From NCBI GenBank assembly GCA_965248195.1, contig CBDFIQ010000002.1:2944001-3008000 (forward strand): DNA of 64,000 nucleotides. The letters run 5' to 3'. Origin of the DNA: Longimicrobiales bacterium (GTDB taxonomy: Bacteria; Gemmatimonadota; Gemmatimonadetes; Longimicrobiales; Gaopeijiaceae). A model generated the notes under the pieces. The model made no database searches and was not told the origin of the DNA. It worked only from the letters and a program-made list of their open reading frames with translations. The number at the start of each line of letters is the position of its first letter. The stretch's first letter is position 1. Both the position numbers and the translations under genes were made by a program. Positions 1 to 10,120 of the stretch are shown in pieces.

Positions 1-915
1 GGTACATACTTTCTTTATCGCTTCACGGACCCGACGTTCGTGACCGCGGAAGCGCTGCTGCAGGCGATCGGCCAGCAGCGCTGGCCCGTGGAAGGCCGCA
101 CCCTCGATCTCTGCGGCGGCTCGGGTCATCTGACGCGGGTCCTCACCCGTCTCCGCCCCTCCGGGGCGCCTTTGGACCCGGGAACGATTCTCGCCGACTT
201 GTACTTCTGGAAGCTGTGGCTCGCCAGTCGGTTCACGGCGCCCGACTCCGGGCCGGTCTGCTGCGACGCCAACCACCCGCTACCGTTCGCCCCCGGGACG
301 TTCTCGACCGTGGTCCTCGCCGACGCGTTTCCGTATATCTGGCACAAGCGACTGCTGGCCGAAGAGATGATGCGGCTTGTGGGCCAGGACGGCGTCGTGG
401 TGATGCCGCACCTCCACAGCGCACTCGGCAACAACTTCTCAGCAGGAAACACTCTCACGCCGGCCGCATATCGAGCGCTCTTCGAATCAAGCCAGCCGCG
501 ACTGTTCAGTGATGAGCGGATCTTCAATGATATGATCGAGCACGGTGTCGTCGACCTGACGCGTGACCTGTCGCCCGAGCAGCTCGGCACCGAGCCGGCG
601 CTGACGCTGGTCGCCAGCACTCGTGCTGATCTGTTCCATCGTTACGAGCTGACGGATGAGCATGAGGTGACGGGAGAGCTGGCAGTCAACCCACTGTATC
701 GGGTCGAGCGGCGCGGCGAGTCGTCGATCTTGACGCTGACCTTCCCCACGCCCGAATACGAGGAAGAGTTCGCCGAGTGCCGCCGGTACCTGCCGGACCG
801 CATCACCGTGGAGGCAGATCTTACAGTTCCCATCCTGCGCGAGACCCTCGGGACGCAATACGACGAGCTGCGGGACCGGCGGGTCCTCATCGACACGCCG
901 GTCGGGTACTGTTAG
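1..915 (+). CDS. Class I SAM-dependent methyltransferase-domain protein, 5'-partial
   Basis: LDLCGGSG motif I and CDANHPLPF; frame is open back to base 1. Confidence 0.7.
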   Translation, partial: GTYFLYRFTDPTFVTAEALLQAIGQQRWPVEGRTLDLCGGSGHLTRVLTRLRPSGAPLDPGTILADLYFWKLWLASRFTAPDSGPVCCDANHPLPFAPGTFSTVVLADAFPYIWHKRLLAEEMMRLVGQDGVVVMPHLHSALGNNFSAGNTLTPAAYRALFESSQPRLFSDERIFNDMIEHGVVDLTRDLSPEQLGTEPALTLVASTRADLFHRYELTDEHEVTGELAVNPLYRVERRGESSILTLTFPTPEYEEEFAECRRYLPDRITVEADLTVPILRETLGTQYDELRDRRVLIDTPVGYC

Positions 916-1020
916 TCGGGTATGGTTGGTCGGGTATCGTTGGTTGGTTGGCGCATGGTCGGGTCGGTTGGTGGGTGGTCGGTTGGTTGGTTGGTTCGTT
1001 GGTTGGTTGGTCAGTCGGTG
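916..1020. repeat. Low-complexity (GGTT/GGTC)n tract
   Basis: Nearly G/T-only run such as ggttggttggttggttcgttggttggttgg, between converging genes. Confidence 0.8.
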
Positions 1021-1030
1021 ACGACAGGCC

Positions 1031-1948
1031 CTAGCGGATCTCGAGACGCGCCGCTACCGGGTAATGATCGGACGGGTAACGACCTTCGTCGTTGTAAAGG
1101 ACCGTCTCGACAGAACTGACGCCAATCGGACCTCCGACCAAAATCCAGTCGATCCGCTCGGCGTACCCGCTTTCCGGGGGACCGAAGTCGCCGCGAGTCA
1201 TCGCCGGACCCCGCCGCTCGCCCGCCACGACCCAGGCGTCGTCGAGCCCATGGCTCGTGGCGATTTTCCAGAGGTCGCTCTCCTCCCCGACGTTGTTGAA
1301 GTCGCCAAGGACGATGACGGCACTACCCTCCGGCAGCGCGCCGACCCGCTCCAGGATCAAGTTGACCGCGTCGCTCTGCCCCTGCCCTCGCCTCGGCGAG
1401 AGATGGGTATTGAAGACATACACCGCCTGCCCGGTCGCCAGGTGATGAAACCTCGCCCAGGTGACGATGCGACCGCCACCTCGCCGGCGCCGGCCGGTTC
1501 CGCTCCTCGGCGCCGGTGGCACGTCCGGTGTCTCCGTGAGCCAGAAGTTGCCGGATTCGATCGGCGTCAACTCGTCATGCCGGTAGAAGATCGGTGTGGC
1601 CTCACTGAGCCCCTGCCCCCCGTTGAGCCGGCGATCCATTCCCAGCCAGTGGTACTCCGGCAGCGCGGACGCCAGATACTCGATCTGCTCGTCCATGGCC
1701 TCCTGCATGCCGACCACCTGCGGTGCAAGTCGACGGATGGTTTCCGCCACCAGCTCTTTGCGATAGGGCCAGGCGTTATCCCCGTCGGGGATATTCGACG
1801 TTCGGATGTTGAACGTCATGACATCGAGTTGGTTCTGCGCCGCCGCGGACCATGGGGTGGCCGTCACGACAGCCGCCACAACGGTGGCACCCATGAGGTA
1901 ACGGCCAAGTGTTCCCATCGCGATGAGGTAACGGCCGAGTGCTCCCAT
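1031..1948 (-). CDS. Exported endonuclease/exonuclease/phosphatase (EEP) family protein
   Basis: MTFNIR, GMQEA, NTHL, LGDFN, IDWI and SDHYPV motifs; signal peptide; start ambiguous because of a 30-bp tandem repeat. Confidence 0.85.
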   Translation of the reverse strand: MGALGRYLIAMGTLGRYLMGATVVAAVVTATPWSAAAQNQLDVMTFNIRTSNIPDGDNAWPYRKELVAETIRRLAPQVVGMQEAMDEQIEYLASALPEYHWLGMDRRLNGGQGLSEATPIFYRHDELTPIESGNFWLTETPDVPPAPRSGTGRRRRGGGRIVTWARFHHLATGQAVYVFNTHLSPRRGQGQSDAVNLILERVGALPEGSAVIVLGDFNNVGEESDLWKIATSHGLDDAWVVAGERRGPAMTRGDFGPPESGYAERIDWILVGGPIGVSSVETVLYNDEGRYPSDHYPVAARLEIR

Positions 1949-1970
1949 TGCGATGGGGTAGCGGCTCACG
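1893..1970. repeat. 30-bp tandem repeat (about 2.6 copies) over the EEP start region
   Basis: atgaggtaacggccaagtgttcccatcgcg / atgaggtaacggccgagtgctcccattgcg / atggggtagcggctc. Confidence 0.75.
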
Positions 1971-2046
1971 AGGGCCACGTTGAGGCGTCTGTGGGATCGG
2001 ACATGGGCGACAAGATGCATCGCAGGAGTGTGGGGCGGCAAGCGAT

Positions 2047-2937
2047 TCACGGCGCAGGTCGGTGCTTGGGGGCGCTTGCCTTGAAGACCCGATACCGATA
2101 AGAGACCAGCCCACGTTTCAAGCACTGGCGCAAGGCGTTGCCCCCCAGGTGGCCTTCGAGTCTCGGACTCATTGCAGAGAAGGGGCGCGTGAGGGCCATG
2201 AGTAGGCCGAGCGCCCGATCACGCGGGCGATCGAGCTCGAGAAGCGGCGTCAGATCCCGGTCCTCCACGAGCTCGAGCCCGTGCTCGACCGCGAGAACGT
2301 CCACGTCCTTCGGGCGCAGAAGCGAGCTCAAACGCCACCCCCGGCGGAACTCGCGCACCCAGCGATCTTCCCCGGCACCCGTGAGAAAGTCATCACACAG
2401 CACCAGGTATCCGTTCGCCGCAACTGCCTTCGCGATGTTGGCGACCAACGCTTCTGCATCCGTCGCTTGGACGAAAGACTCGATCCCGAAAGCGAGGTCC
2501 ACCGGGGCGGGAAGAGGGTCGGAGCAGAAATCGAGCTCGAAGATCGTGGCTCGTCCGCCAAGTCGCCTACGCGCGAGCTCCGCGTGAACGCCGCTATTCG
2601 TGACGCCGAAGCCGGCAACCTCCGTCCCGCGGAGTACGTGTTCCAGGCTCGCGCCGACGCCGCAGCCGAGGTCCAGTATGCGCCGCGCGCCGCTTTCTGC
2701 GATACGAGCCCGCAGAAGATCGTGCACGAAGTGAAAGGCCTCGTCGCGGCCACCAACGCCCTCGCCCCAAACCGCTCGATGAATGATGCCGTGCGCGCCA
2801 CCTTGTCCATGGGCGAGAAAGCTCGCCGTATTCTGGTCGTAGTAGCGCGCCACGTCGGCGCTCTCGAATCTCACGCGGCAGGCGTTACGACTTGAAGGCC
2901 GAGACAAGCCCCTGCCACCCGGCATGGTGACGCGCAC
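2047..2937 (-). CDS. SAM-dependent methyltransferase (cyclopropane/sterol/tocopherol MT-like)
   Basis: VARYYD, ILDLGCGVG, GYLVLCDDF; start may be the GTG at 2874. Confidence 0.75.
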   Translation of the reverse strand: MRVTMPGGRGLSRPSSRNACRVRFESADVARYYDQNTASFLAHGQGGAHGIIHRAVWGEGVGGRDEAFHFVHDLLRARIAESGARRILDLGCGVGASLEHVLRGTEVAGFGVTNSGVHAELARRRLGGRATIFELDFCSDPLPAPVDLAFGIESFVQATDAEALVANIAKAVAANGYLVLCDDFLTGAGEDRWVREFRRGWRLSSLLRPKDVDVLAVEHGLELVEDRDLTPLLELDRPRDRALGLLMALTRPFSAMSPRLEGHLGGNALRQCLKRGLVSYRYRVFKASAPKHRPAP

Positions 2938-3027
2938 AGCCGTCCAAAAAGGTCACGGCCCACTCTCGATCCTCGGTAACAACACCTCCTGACCGCGATC
3001 GACACCCCGAAAGCGCGCTGCCCAACT

Positions 3028-4179
3028 TTACATACCGGCCACCACATACTTCGTGAACGCGGAGCCCGCATCGCTGAGCGAGGACGGTCCCTCGGCCACG
3101 TAGACGTTGCCGTCTTCGTCCACTCCCACGCCCTCACCCGTCACGCCCTGCTGCGGCCGGCTGTCGGACTCCCACGGCGGAATGAAGCCCACGAGCAAGT
3201 CCCGATCGACGGGCCCGATGCGGACGCCGTCCCTCCAGTTGATGTGCCGGATCGGGTTGGACTCGGAGTCGATGGCGTACACCATCTCGTCCTCGGTGAT
3301 GAATAGGTCGCTGATGCGCCCGTACTGATAGCGCGACTCCAGGTAGTTGCCCTGCTGGTCGAAGATCTCGAGGCGGTGGTTGCCCCGGTCTGCAACCCAG
3401 AGCCGGCCCTGGGAGTCGAACTCGAGGGCGTGTGGCGTGCGGAACTGACCGTGATCCGTGCCGATCTCGCCCCACTCCATGATGTAGTCGCCGTCGGGCG
3501 AGTATTTGACGATGCGGCCGGTGAAGCCCGCCGCGCGGGCCTCGGCAATCTGTTGGTCTGTCGTCCGGTTCTGACCGCTGTGGCCGTCCGCGACGAAGAT
3601 GCTACCGTCGGGCGCGACGATCACGTCATTGGGCTGATAGAGATGATCCTGGTCGTTCCCGGGCTGGCCGGCGACACCGAGGCTCAGGAGCAACTCGCCG
3701 GTTGGGCTGAACTTGTGGACCTGGTGACCTTTGGTGCCCGCGTCGTTGCCGGCGAAGTCCGTCACCCAGACGTCGCCCTCGTCGTCCACATAGATGCCGT
3801 GGGGCGTCACGAAGATTCCGGCCCCGAAGTTGGCGAGAATCTCCCCGGTGTTTCGGTCGAACTTGAAGATGGGGTCCACGGGGTTGCTGTCGCAGTTGAC
3901 CCCGGGTCCACCCGCCGAGCCCGATGCGCAGCGCTCGTACCCCCAGACATGGCCGTCCGTCGGGTCGATGTCGAGGCCTGCGGTGGAGCCCCACTGCCGT
4001 CCCTCGGGCAGGGTCGCCCAGTTCGCGATACGTGTCGGGTTCGGGTTCGGGAGCCCCTCACCCGTGATCGGGTTAACTGCCGCCGAGACCATCGCGGCCG
4101 GTGCCTCGGACTCCGCGGCGCACCCCGCGAGAATCGTGGCACCAAAGAGCACGGACATCAGGAGTCGTAACGATGACAT
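3028..4179 (-). CDS. NHL-repeat beta-propeller lipoprotein (peptidyl-alpha-hydroxyglycine lyase-like)
   Basis: PHGIYVD, PNDVIVAPDGSIFVADG, LWVADRGNHR repeats; lipobox LAGC. Confidence 0.85.
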   Translation of the reverse strand: MSSLRLLMSVLFGATILAGCAAESEAPAAMVSAAVNPITGEGLPNPNPTRIANWATLPEGRQWGSTAGLDIDPTDGHVWGYERCASGSAGGPGVNCDSNPVDPIFKFDRNTGEILANFGAGIFVTPHGIYVDDEGDVWVTDFAGNDAGTKGHQVHKFSPTGELLLSLGVAGQPGNDQDHLYQPNDVIVAPDGSIFVADGHSGQNRTTDQQIAEARAAGFTGRIVKYSPDGDYIMEWGEIGTDHGQFRTPHALEFDSQGRLWVADRGNHRLEIFDQQGNYLESRYQYGRISDLFITEDEMVYAIDSESNPIRHINWRDGVRIGPVDRDLLVGFIPPWESDSRPQQGVTGEGVGVDEDGNVYVAEGPSSLSDAGSAFTKYVVAGM

Positions 4180-4437
4180 AGTCCCCCCCCCAAGCAAATG
4201 TCGATTTCGCCGCGGCGGGGCCGCGAGCGCCGGACTCAGGAACATTGGCGGTCAGCGCGCGGCGCGCAAACCACCAAGAGGCGAGTTGGAGAGTGCCGCG
4301 GCGAGGGCATGTTGCATCCGGTAGCCGTCCCCTTCACTTTCGGGAGGAAGCCGGTGGTGGGCCGCGACCCGGGACCATTGGGTCACGCCGCCGGGCACCG
4401 ACTCCCAACGCATGCCGCACACTCGAGGAGACCGGAC

Positions 4438-5877
4438 ATGACACAACGAGGATCGGACACGTCTCTCCCGGATCAGGGGGCAAGTCGACGGAAATTCTTC
4501 AAGTTTCTGGCCGCCAGTCCGCTGGCGGCCCTGGCCTACTGGGCGTTGCCGTCGAGCTGGCTGGAGCCTGTCGCGGCCGAGGTGCCACCCAGTAGGCCGG
4601 CACCGTTGCCCTGCGTCAACTGCGGCGCCCCGGTGCTCCCGCCCGGCCTCGACGAGACTCGCGTAGTCCCGGCGATCCGTCCCCAGCAGGTCCCTCAGGA
4701 GCTCCCTCCCCAGCAAGCCCAGGAAGAACAGTTGATGGGGAGCCTCATTGCGTCGCCCGACGACGCGACCAACGTCTGGGACTTTGAGCGCGTGACCCAC
4801 GACAACAACCTGGCTCAGCACTGGGACTACCTGCACATGGGCGTCGACGACTACGAGACGCGCGTGGCTAACAGGGAGGGCTACCAGCGTCTGATGCTCC
4901 GTCCCCGCCGGCTCGGCGTGGAGCCCGCGAGCGAATTCAGCACGTCGATCGAGATCCTCGGCCAGCGGTTCGATTCACCCTTGTTCCTTTGCCCCGTGGC
5001 GGCTCTCCAGGCGTACCACACGCAGGGGGAGGTCGGCGCCGGGCGGGCAGCTCGACGTCGGGGCGTGCTGCAGCTCCAGTCGCATGTGAGCTCGAACTCG
5101 TACGAAGAGATCGCCGAGGCGCGGGGCGAGCCGCACTGGTTCCAGATCTACACGAATCCCGACTGGAACCGTAACCAGCGGGTGATCGACCGCGTGGCTC
5201 GTGCCGGCTGCCCGACACTCGTGTGGACGATCGACCTCCTCGGGGGAAGCAACCGGGAGCTGAACCGGCGGTCGCTCGTCGGCGAGGGCAGGGAGTCAGA
5301 GCTCTGCACCCAGTGCCACCAGCACGAAGAAGGCTACCAGCGGCCAATGAACCGCGATCTAGACGGGCCAGAGGGTGAGCGTCCTCCGTACACCTGGGAC
5401 TGGGTCGATCGTCTCAAGAACGCAAGCGACATGAACCTCGTCGTGAAGGGCATCGTCACGGCGGAAGAGGCAGAGTTGGCGATCGAGCACGGCGCCGACG
5501 GGATCTACGTCTCGAACCACGGTGGACGGGCGGTGAACAGTCTCTGGTCGACGATCGATGCGTTGCCCGAAGTAGTCGCGGCAGTGAGAGGACGGGTCCC
5601 CGTGATGATCGACAGTGGGGTCCGGCGTGGCGGCGACGTCTTCAAGGCCCTCGCGCTCGGTGCCGACGCGGTCGGCATCGGTCGGCCCTACGTGTGGGGC
5701 CTCGGAGCGTTCGGCGAGGACGGGGTCGACAAGGTGATCGACGTGATCATGGACGAGTTCCGCATGGTCATGCGTCAGACCCGGACCGACTCGATCGATC
5801 AAATCACTTCGCGCTTCGTGATGGAAGCGAAGAATCCCATCATGACGCGGCGCAACGAGTTCGGGTTCGGGCTGTGA
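4438..5877 (+). CDS. FMN-dependent alpha-hydroxy-acid oxidase/dehydrogenase with Tat signal
   Basis: SRRKFFK Tat motif; VKGI, SNHGGR, DSGVRRGGDVFKALALGA, IGRP; RBS GAGGAG. Confidence 0.9.
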   Translation: MTQRGSDTSLPDQGASRRKFFKFLAASPLAALAYWALPSSWLEPVAAEVPPSRPAPLPCVNCGAPVLPPGLDETRVVPAIRPQQVPQELPPQQAQEEQLMGSLIASPDDATNVWDFERVTHDNNLAQHWDYLHMGVDDYETRVANREGYQRLMLRPRRLGVEPASEFSTSIEILGQRFDSPLFLCPVAALQAYHTQGEVGAGRAARRRGVLQLQSHVSSNSYEEIAEARGEPHWFQIYTNPDWNRNQRVIDRVARAGCPTLVWTIDLLGGSNRELNRRSLVGEGRESELCTQCHQHEEGYQRPMNRDLDGPEGERPPYTWDWVDRLKNASDMNLVVKGIVTAEEAELAIEHGADGIYVSNHGGRAVNSLWSTIDALPEVVAAVRGRVPVMIDSGVRRGGDVFKALALGADAVGIGRPYVWGLGAFGEDGVDKVIDVIMDEFRMVMRQTRTDSIDQITSRFVMEAKNPIMTRRNEFGFGL

Positions 5878-5888
5878 GGACGGCGAGT

Positions 5889-6473
5889 ATGGCGGTCGCG
5901 CAGTTGGCTTCTCGGACTGGTCTAGCATGGACCGTGACGGCCGGCATCGTCGGCCTGGCACTGTTGCAGGCGGATCGGGCATCTGCGCAGCGGTCCTCCG
6001 TCGATTTCACGGTATCAGGCACTTCGACGGTACGGGGATGGACGTGTTCGGTGACCGGCTCGGGCCGGGTCACAGTCGGCTCGTCCACCCCGGTGCGTGG
6101 GCTGGCCGATGGAGTCCAGGCGGCCACGCTCACCGTGCCGGTAGAGGAGTTCGACTGTCCTGACGAGGAGATGATCGAACATCTCCTGGAGGCGTTGAGG
6201 GTGGACGAGTTCCCGGAGATCACCTTCCGGCTCGAGGGCTACGAGGCGAATAGCCAGGGCGCCGTCACTACTGGTACGCTCACCATCCTCGATGCCACCG
6301 AAGCGGTGAGCTTCCCCCTCTCGCTGACGCCGTCCGGATCGGGTGTCCAGATTGAAGGAGAGCTGGCCTTGGACATGACCGCCTACGGCGTGGAGCCACC
6401 CGTGGTCATGCTCGGCCTGATGCGCGTCAGGCCACGGATTCGGATCCAGTTTTCGGGCATGATCGCCCCCTAG
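5889..6473 (+). CDS. YceI-like lipid/polyisoprenoid-binding protein
   Basis: GTST, FPEITF, GTLTI, DMTAYGVEPP pattern; signal peptide. Confidence 0.75.
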   Translation: MAVAQLASRTGLAWTVTAGIVGLALLQADRASAQRSSVDFTVSGTSTVRGWTCSVTGSGRVTVGSSTPVRGLADGVQAATLTVPVEEFDCPDEEMIEHLLEALRVDEFPEITFRLEGYEANSQGAVTTGTLTILDATEAVSFPLSLTPSGSGVQIEGELALDMTAYGVEPPVVMLGLMRVRPRIRIQFSGMIAP

Positions 6474-6508
6474 GCCCACTGACGCTCAGTTACCAGGACC
6501 GGTAGAGG

Positions 6509-8224
6509 ATGGAAGAGCACCATTTACAGATGAATCGCCAGCGTTTCCTCGCTTGCTTCTCCACCGCGGGCGTCGGCTCGACGTTGCTCCCGGGGGCGCT
6601 CGCAGCGATCGCTCAGGACGCCCAAGTGGTCACCATCGAGATGTTGGAGGCCGCAGAGCAGATCGCCGGTATCGCCTTCTCACGCGACGAGAAGGAGAGG
6701 ATCCTCGAGCGGCTGAACGGAGACCGCAGTCCGCTCCCCGCCTTCGACATCCTGAGAGCCGCGGAGCTCGGGAACGACACGCAGCCCGCGATCGTCTTCA
6801 ATCCCTTGCCACCGGGGAAAGTCGCCCCCACCGAACGCAGGCCGTTGAGACGAAGCGAGATCGAGGCGTCGACGCCCGCGACGGAAGAGGACCTCGCGTT
6901 CCTCCCGGTAACCCACCTTTCGAGGCTCATCGAGACACGCCAGATCACATCCACTGAGTTGACCGAGCTCTACCTGGCCCGACTCAAGCGGTACGACCCG
7001 CAGCTGTTCTGCGTGGTCAACCTCACCGAGGATCTCGCCCGTAGACAAGCCAGACGTGCGGACGAGGAAATCGCGGCCGGGACGTACCGCGGCCCGCTGC
7101 ACGGCATCCCCTATGGCCTGAAGGACCTGTTTGCCGTGCGCGGGACCAAGACGACGTGGGGAATGACTCCGTTCAGGGATCGGGTCATCGATGTCGACGC
7201 CACGGTATATGAGAGGCTGACGCAGGCTGGCGCGGTCTTGATCGCGAAGCTCTCGACCGGCGCGCTGGCTGTGAGCGCCCGGTGGTACGGCGGCTTGACC
7301 CGAAACCCGTGGAACACCGAACAAGACGCGTCGGGCTCATCGGCCGGGCCGGGCGCTGCGACAGCCGCCGGTCTCGTGGGATTCTCGATCGGAACGGACA
7401 CGGGGGGCTCGGTCATCGGCCCCTCGACTCGTAATGGAATCACTGGGATGCGCCCGACGTTCGGCAGAGTCAGCCGTTACGGCGGTATGGTGCTAGCCTG
7501 GACGCAGGACACGGTTGGGCCGATGTGCCGTTCAGCAGAGGACTGCGCGCTGGTCTTCGATGCCGTGTACGGCCCCGATGGTCGCGATAACTCGGTCCTC
7601 GACGTGCCGTTCAATTGGGACGCACTCGGCGACGTGTCGCAGCTCAGGGTCGGCTATCTGCGTAGCGAATTCGAAGGTGATATCACGCCTGACCTTCGGG
7701 GCGACGAGCGGCGGCAGCGCCAAAACCGACGGAACGCCGAGGAGGCCCTCCTTCTGATCCGGTCGTTCGGTATCGATGTCGTCCCGTTCGATCTGCCCGA
7801 TGTCGATGTCGAAACGATCGACTTCCTACGATACGTGGAAACCGCAGCCGCGTTCTACGACATCACCATGAGGGGACAACTCACGGAGACCGAGGAGGGC
7901 CCCGAGCAGAGCGAGAGGCCGAACGAGATACGCGCAGCCCACTTCACGCCCGCCGTCGAGTACATCCAGGGCAATCGACAGCGGATGCGCATCATGCAGC
8001 AGATGGATGAGGCGATGGGCGATCTGGACCTGTTCCTCGGGTCCGACCGTCGTCTCACCAACCGCTTGGGCCATCCCCAGGTCAGCCTGCCTAGTGGATT
8101 CCACGAGGGAACGCCGACGGCGCTCCACCTCACAGGGAAGCTGTTCGGTGAACCGGAGGTGCTGCTCCTCGCTCATGCGATCCAGGCGGAGACGCAACAC
8201 CATCTCCAGCGTCCACCGCTCTGA
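6509..8224 (+). CDS. Amidase signature family protein, exported
   Basis: GPLHGIPYGLKD, GSSAG, IGTDTGGS, RPTFGRVSR. Confidence 0.9.
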   Translation: MEEHHLQMNRQRFLACFSTAGVGSTLLPGALAAIAQDAQVVTIEMLEAAEQIAGIAFSRDEKERILERLNGDRSPLPAFDILRAAELGNDTQPAIVFNPLPPGKVAPTERRPLRRSEIEASTPATEEDLAFLPVTHLSRLIETRQITSTELTELYLARLKRYDPQLFCVVNLTEDLARRQARRADEEIAAGTYRGPLHGIPYGLKDLFAVRGTKTTWGMTPFRDRVIDVDATVYERLTQAGAVLIAKLSTGALAVSARWYGGLTRNPWNTEQDASGSSAGPGAATAAGLVGFSIGTDTGGSVIGPSTRNGITGMRPTFGRVSRYGGMVLAWTQDTVGPMCRSAEDCALVFDAVYGPDGRDNSVLDVPFNWDALGDVSQLRVGYLRSEFEGDITPDLRGDERRQRQNRRNAEEALLLIRSFGIDVVPFDLPDVDVETIDFLRYVETAAAFYDITMRGQLTETEEGPEQSERPNEIRAAHFTPAVEYIQGNRQRMRIMQQMDEAMGDLDLFLGSDRRLTNRLGHPQVSLPSGFHEGTPTALHLTGKLFGEPEVLLLAHAIQAETQHHLQRPPL

Positions 8225-8265
8225 CGGGTTTGGACCTGGCCCTCACGTTACAAGTTCCTATACGT
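8222..8265 (+). mobile_element. Partial copy of the IS91-like oriIS/promoter repeat
   Basis: tgacgggtttggacctggccctcacgtt is identical to 9991-10018; followed by ttcctatacgt, which may instead belong to a gene fragment. Confidence 0.55.
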
Positions 8266-8499
8266 GTGGCTGGACCTAAAGCTCGAAGGTCGGGAGCCCG
8301 CAAAGTATCTCGGATGTCTCTACTGGCTCCCCAACCCCTTCCTGCCCTTCATCTGGTGGAGGGTCGCGCTGCCAAGCGATCACCCCGATGTGCAGGTGGA
8401 ACTGTTGGAGGACTGAGTTTCGCCGTTTGCCATCACCCGGTCCAGCGTGACAGATTCCGATACACAAAGCGTCGCTTTTAGCTTCATCAAGGTCACCGC

Positions 8500-9948
8500 A
8501 TGACCGAACCAGATCGTCAGACCCAGTTTCAGGCAGAGTTAGCCTCAGAGTTCGTGATCGTCCGCTCACTGGGTGAGGGTTCCGTGGCGCACGTGTACCT
8601 TGCCCGGGAGAAGGCCCTCGAGCGTTTGGTCGCGATCAAGGTCATGAAGTCGCACGTGGCCGAGGATGAGACCGCCCGGAAGCGATTCGCCCGGGAAGCT
8701 CGATCCGCCGCGAAGATCCACCATCGCAACGTGGCGACCGTGTATCGGGTCGGCTCCCTCGAGGACGAGACGCCTTTCATCGTCATGGAGTACATCGAAG
8801 GGCGCAACCTCGCAGATACGCTCAAGGCAGAGGGAGTCATGACTCTGGAGCAAGCGTCTCATACGCTGGGTCAGCTTGCCTCGGCGTTGGCGGCCGCGCA
8901 CGAGAACGGAATCGTCCACCGCGATGTGAAGCCGGAGAACGTCGTGCGTGAGAAGGACTCGAACCGAATCGTGCTCATGGACTTTGGGCTCGTAGGTATC
9001 CTGGAGACGGGCTCCGACCCGGTTACGCATCTTACACAAGCTGGACAGCTGCTTGGCGATGCCCGGTACCTGAGTCCCGAACAGTTGCTCGGTAACGGGG
9101 TCACGGATGAATCGGATGTGTACGCCCTGGGCGTCATAGGCTATGAGCTTCTTACGCTCAAGACTCCGTATGAGGGGAGCACGAGCGCCCACCTGGTCAT
9201 GGCGCGCCTGAGGGAAGAGCCGGTTCCGCTGGCCCAGCTCCGGCCCGACATGGATCCCGATCTCGCAGAACTGTTGGCACGGTGCCTTTCCAAGAATCCT
9301 CATCATCGGCCTCCGGCATCCGAGGTCGCCAAAGCCTTGGTGCGCATCACGGAAGCGCTCGCAGCAGGCCTGCGTAGGGAGTCCGACTCAACGCCACCGC
9401 CGCGAACGACACGACGACTCTCGGCCATCATGTTCACGGACATGGTAGGCTTTACGGCCCTGATGCAGGACGACGAACATCGGGCAAAGAGCGTTCGCGA
9501 CCGGCATCGTAGCGCCCTCCGCAAGTCGATCGAAACGCACGGCGGCGAGATCGTGCAGTTCTACGGAGACGGGACCCTCAGCATCTTCGGAAGCGCCGTC
9601 GAGGGAGTCTCGTCCGCGGTCGCTGTCCAACAGGTACTCCAGCAGGAGCCTCCGATCCCCGTTCGAATTGGACTCCACATCGGCGACATCAACCGGGACG
9701 AGGACGGCGTCTACGGGGACGGTGTCAACGTTGCCGCTCGCATCCAGGGGCTCTCGGTTCCCGGTGCGGTCATGATCTCGGAGAAAGTCTTCGACGAGAT
9801 CAAGAATCACCCTCGGCTGCCCGTGACCGAACTCGGTGAGTTCGATCTGAAGAACGTGCGCCGGCCGGTCCGGGTTTTCGCGATCACGGCGCCGGGGCTC
9901 GTCGTTCCCGATGCCGAGTCCATGGCCGGCCGGACCGAACTGGCCTAG
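8500..9948 (+). CDS. Ser/Thr protein kinase fused to a class III adenylate/guanylate cyclase domain
   Basis: VAIK, HRDVKPEN, DFG, YLSPEQ, then AIMFTDMVGFT, GDG, RIGLHIGD, VNVAARIQ. Confidence 0.9.
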   Translation: MTEPDRQTQFQAELASEFVIVRSLGEGSVAHVYLAREKALERLVAIKVMKSHVAEDETARKRFAREARSAAKIHHRNVATVYRVGSLEDETPFIVMEYIEGRNLADTLKAEGVMTLEQASHTLGQLASALAAAHENGIVHRDVKPENVVREKDSNRIVLMDFGLVGILETGSDPVTHLTQAGQLLGDARYLSPEQLLGNGVTDESDVYALGVIGYELLTLKTPYEGSTSAHLVMARLREEPVPLAQLRPDMDPDLAELLARCLSKNPHHRPPASEVAKALVRITEALAAGLRRESDSTPPPRTTRRLSAIMFTDMVGFTALMQDDEHRAKSVRDRHRSALRKSIETHGGEIVQFYGDGTLSIFGSAVEGVSSAVAVQQVLQQEPPIPVRIGLHIGDINRDEDGVYGDGVNVAARIQGLSVPGAVMISEKVFDEIKNHPRLPVTELGEFDLKNVRRPVRVFAITAPGLVVPDAESMAGRTELA

Positions 9949-10054
9949 TCCCTCCGCCTCACCCTCCAACCCTGGCGGGCGTCCGCAAATTGACGGGTTT
10001 GGACCTGGCCCTCACGTTGTCCCGACCCGCCAAAGGGCTTTTGGTTTAACTGTC
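9943..10054 (+). mobile_element. IS91/ISCR-like oriIS end with outward promoter, no transposase
   Basis: Near-identical to 47635-47740; TTGACG 9990, CACGTT 10013; ccaaagggcttttgg hairpin; ends actgtc|CTTG. Confidence 0.65.
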
Positions 10055-10120
10055 CTTGGCGTATACTCTCGGCGGACGGGAGGCGAGTTTCGGGTAACCT
10101 AATCTGCGAAGGAGAGACCC

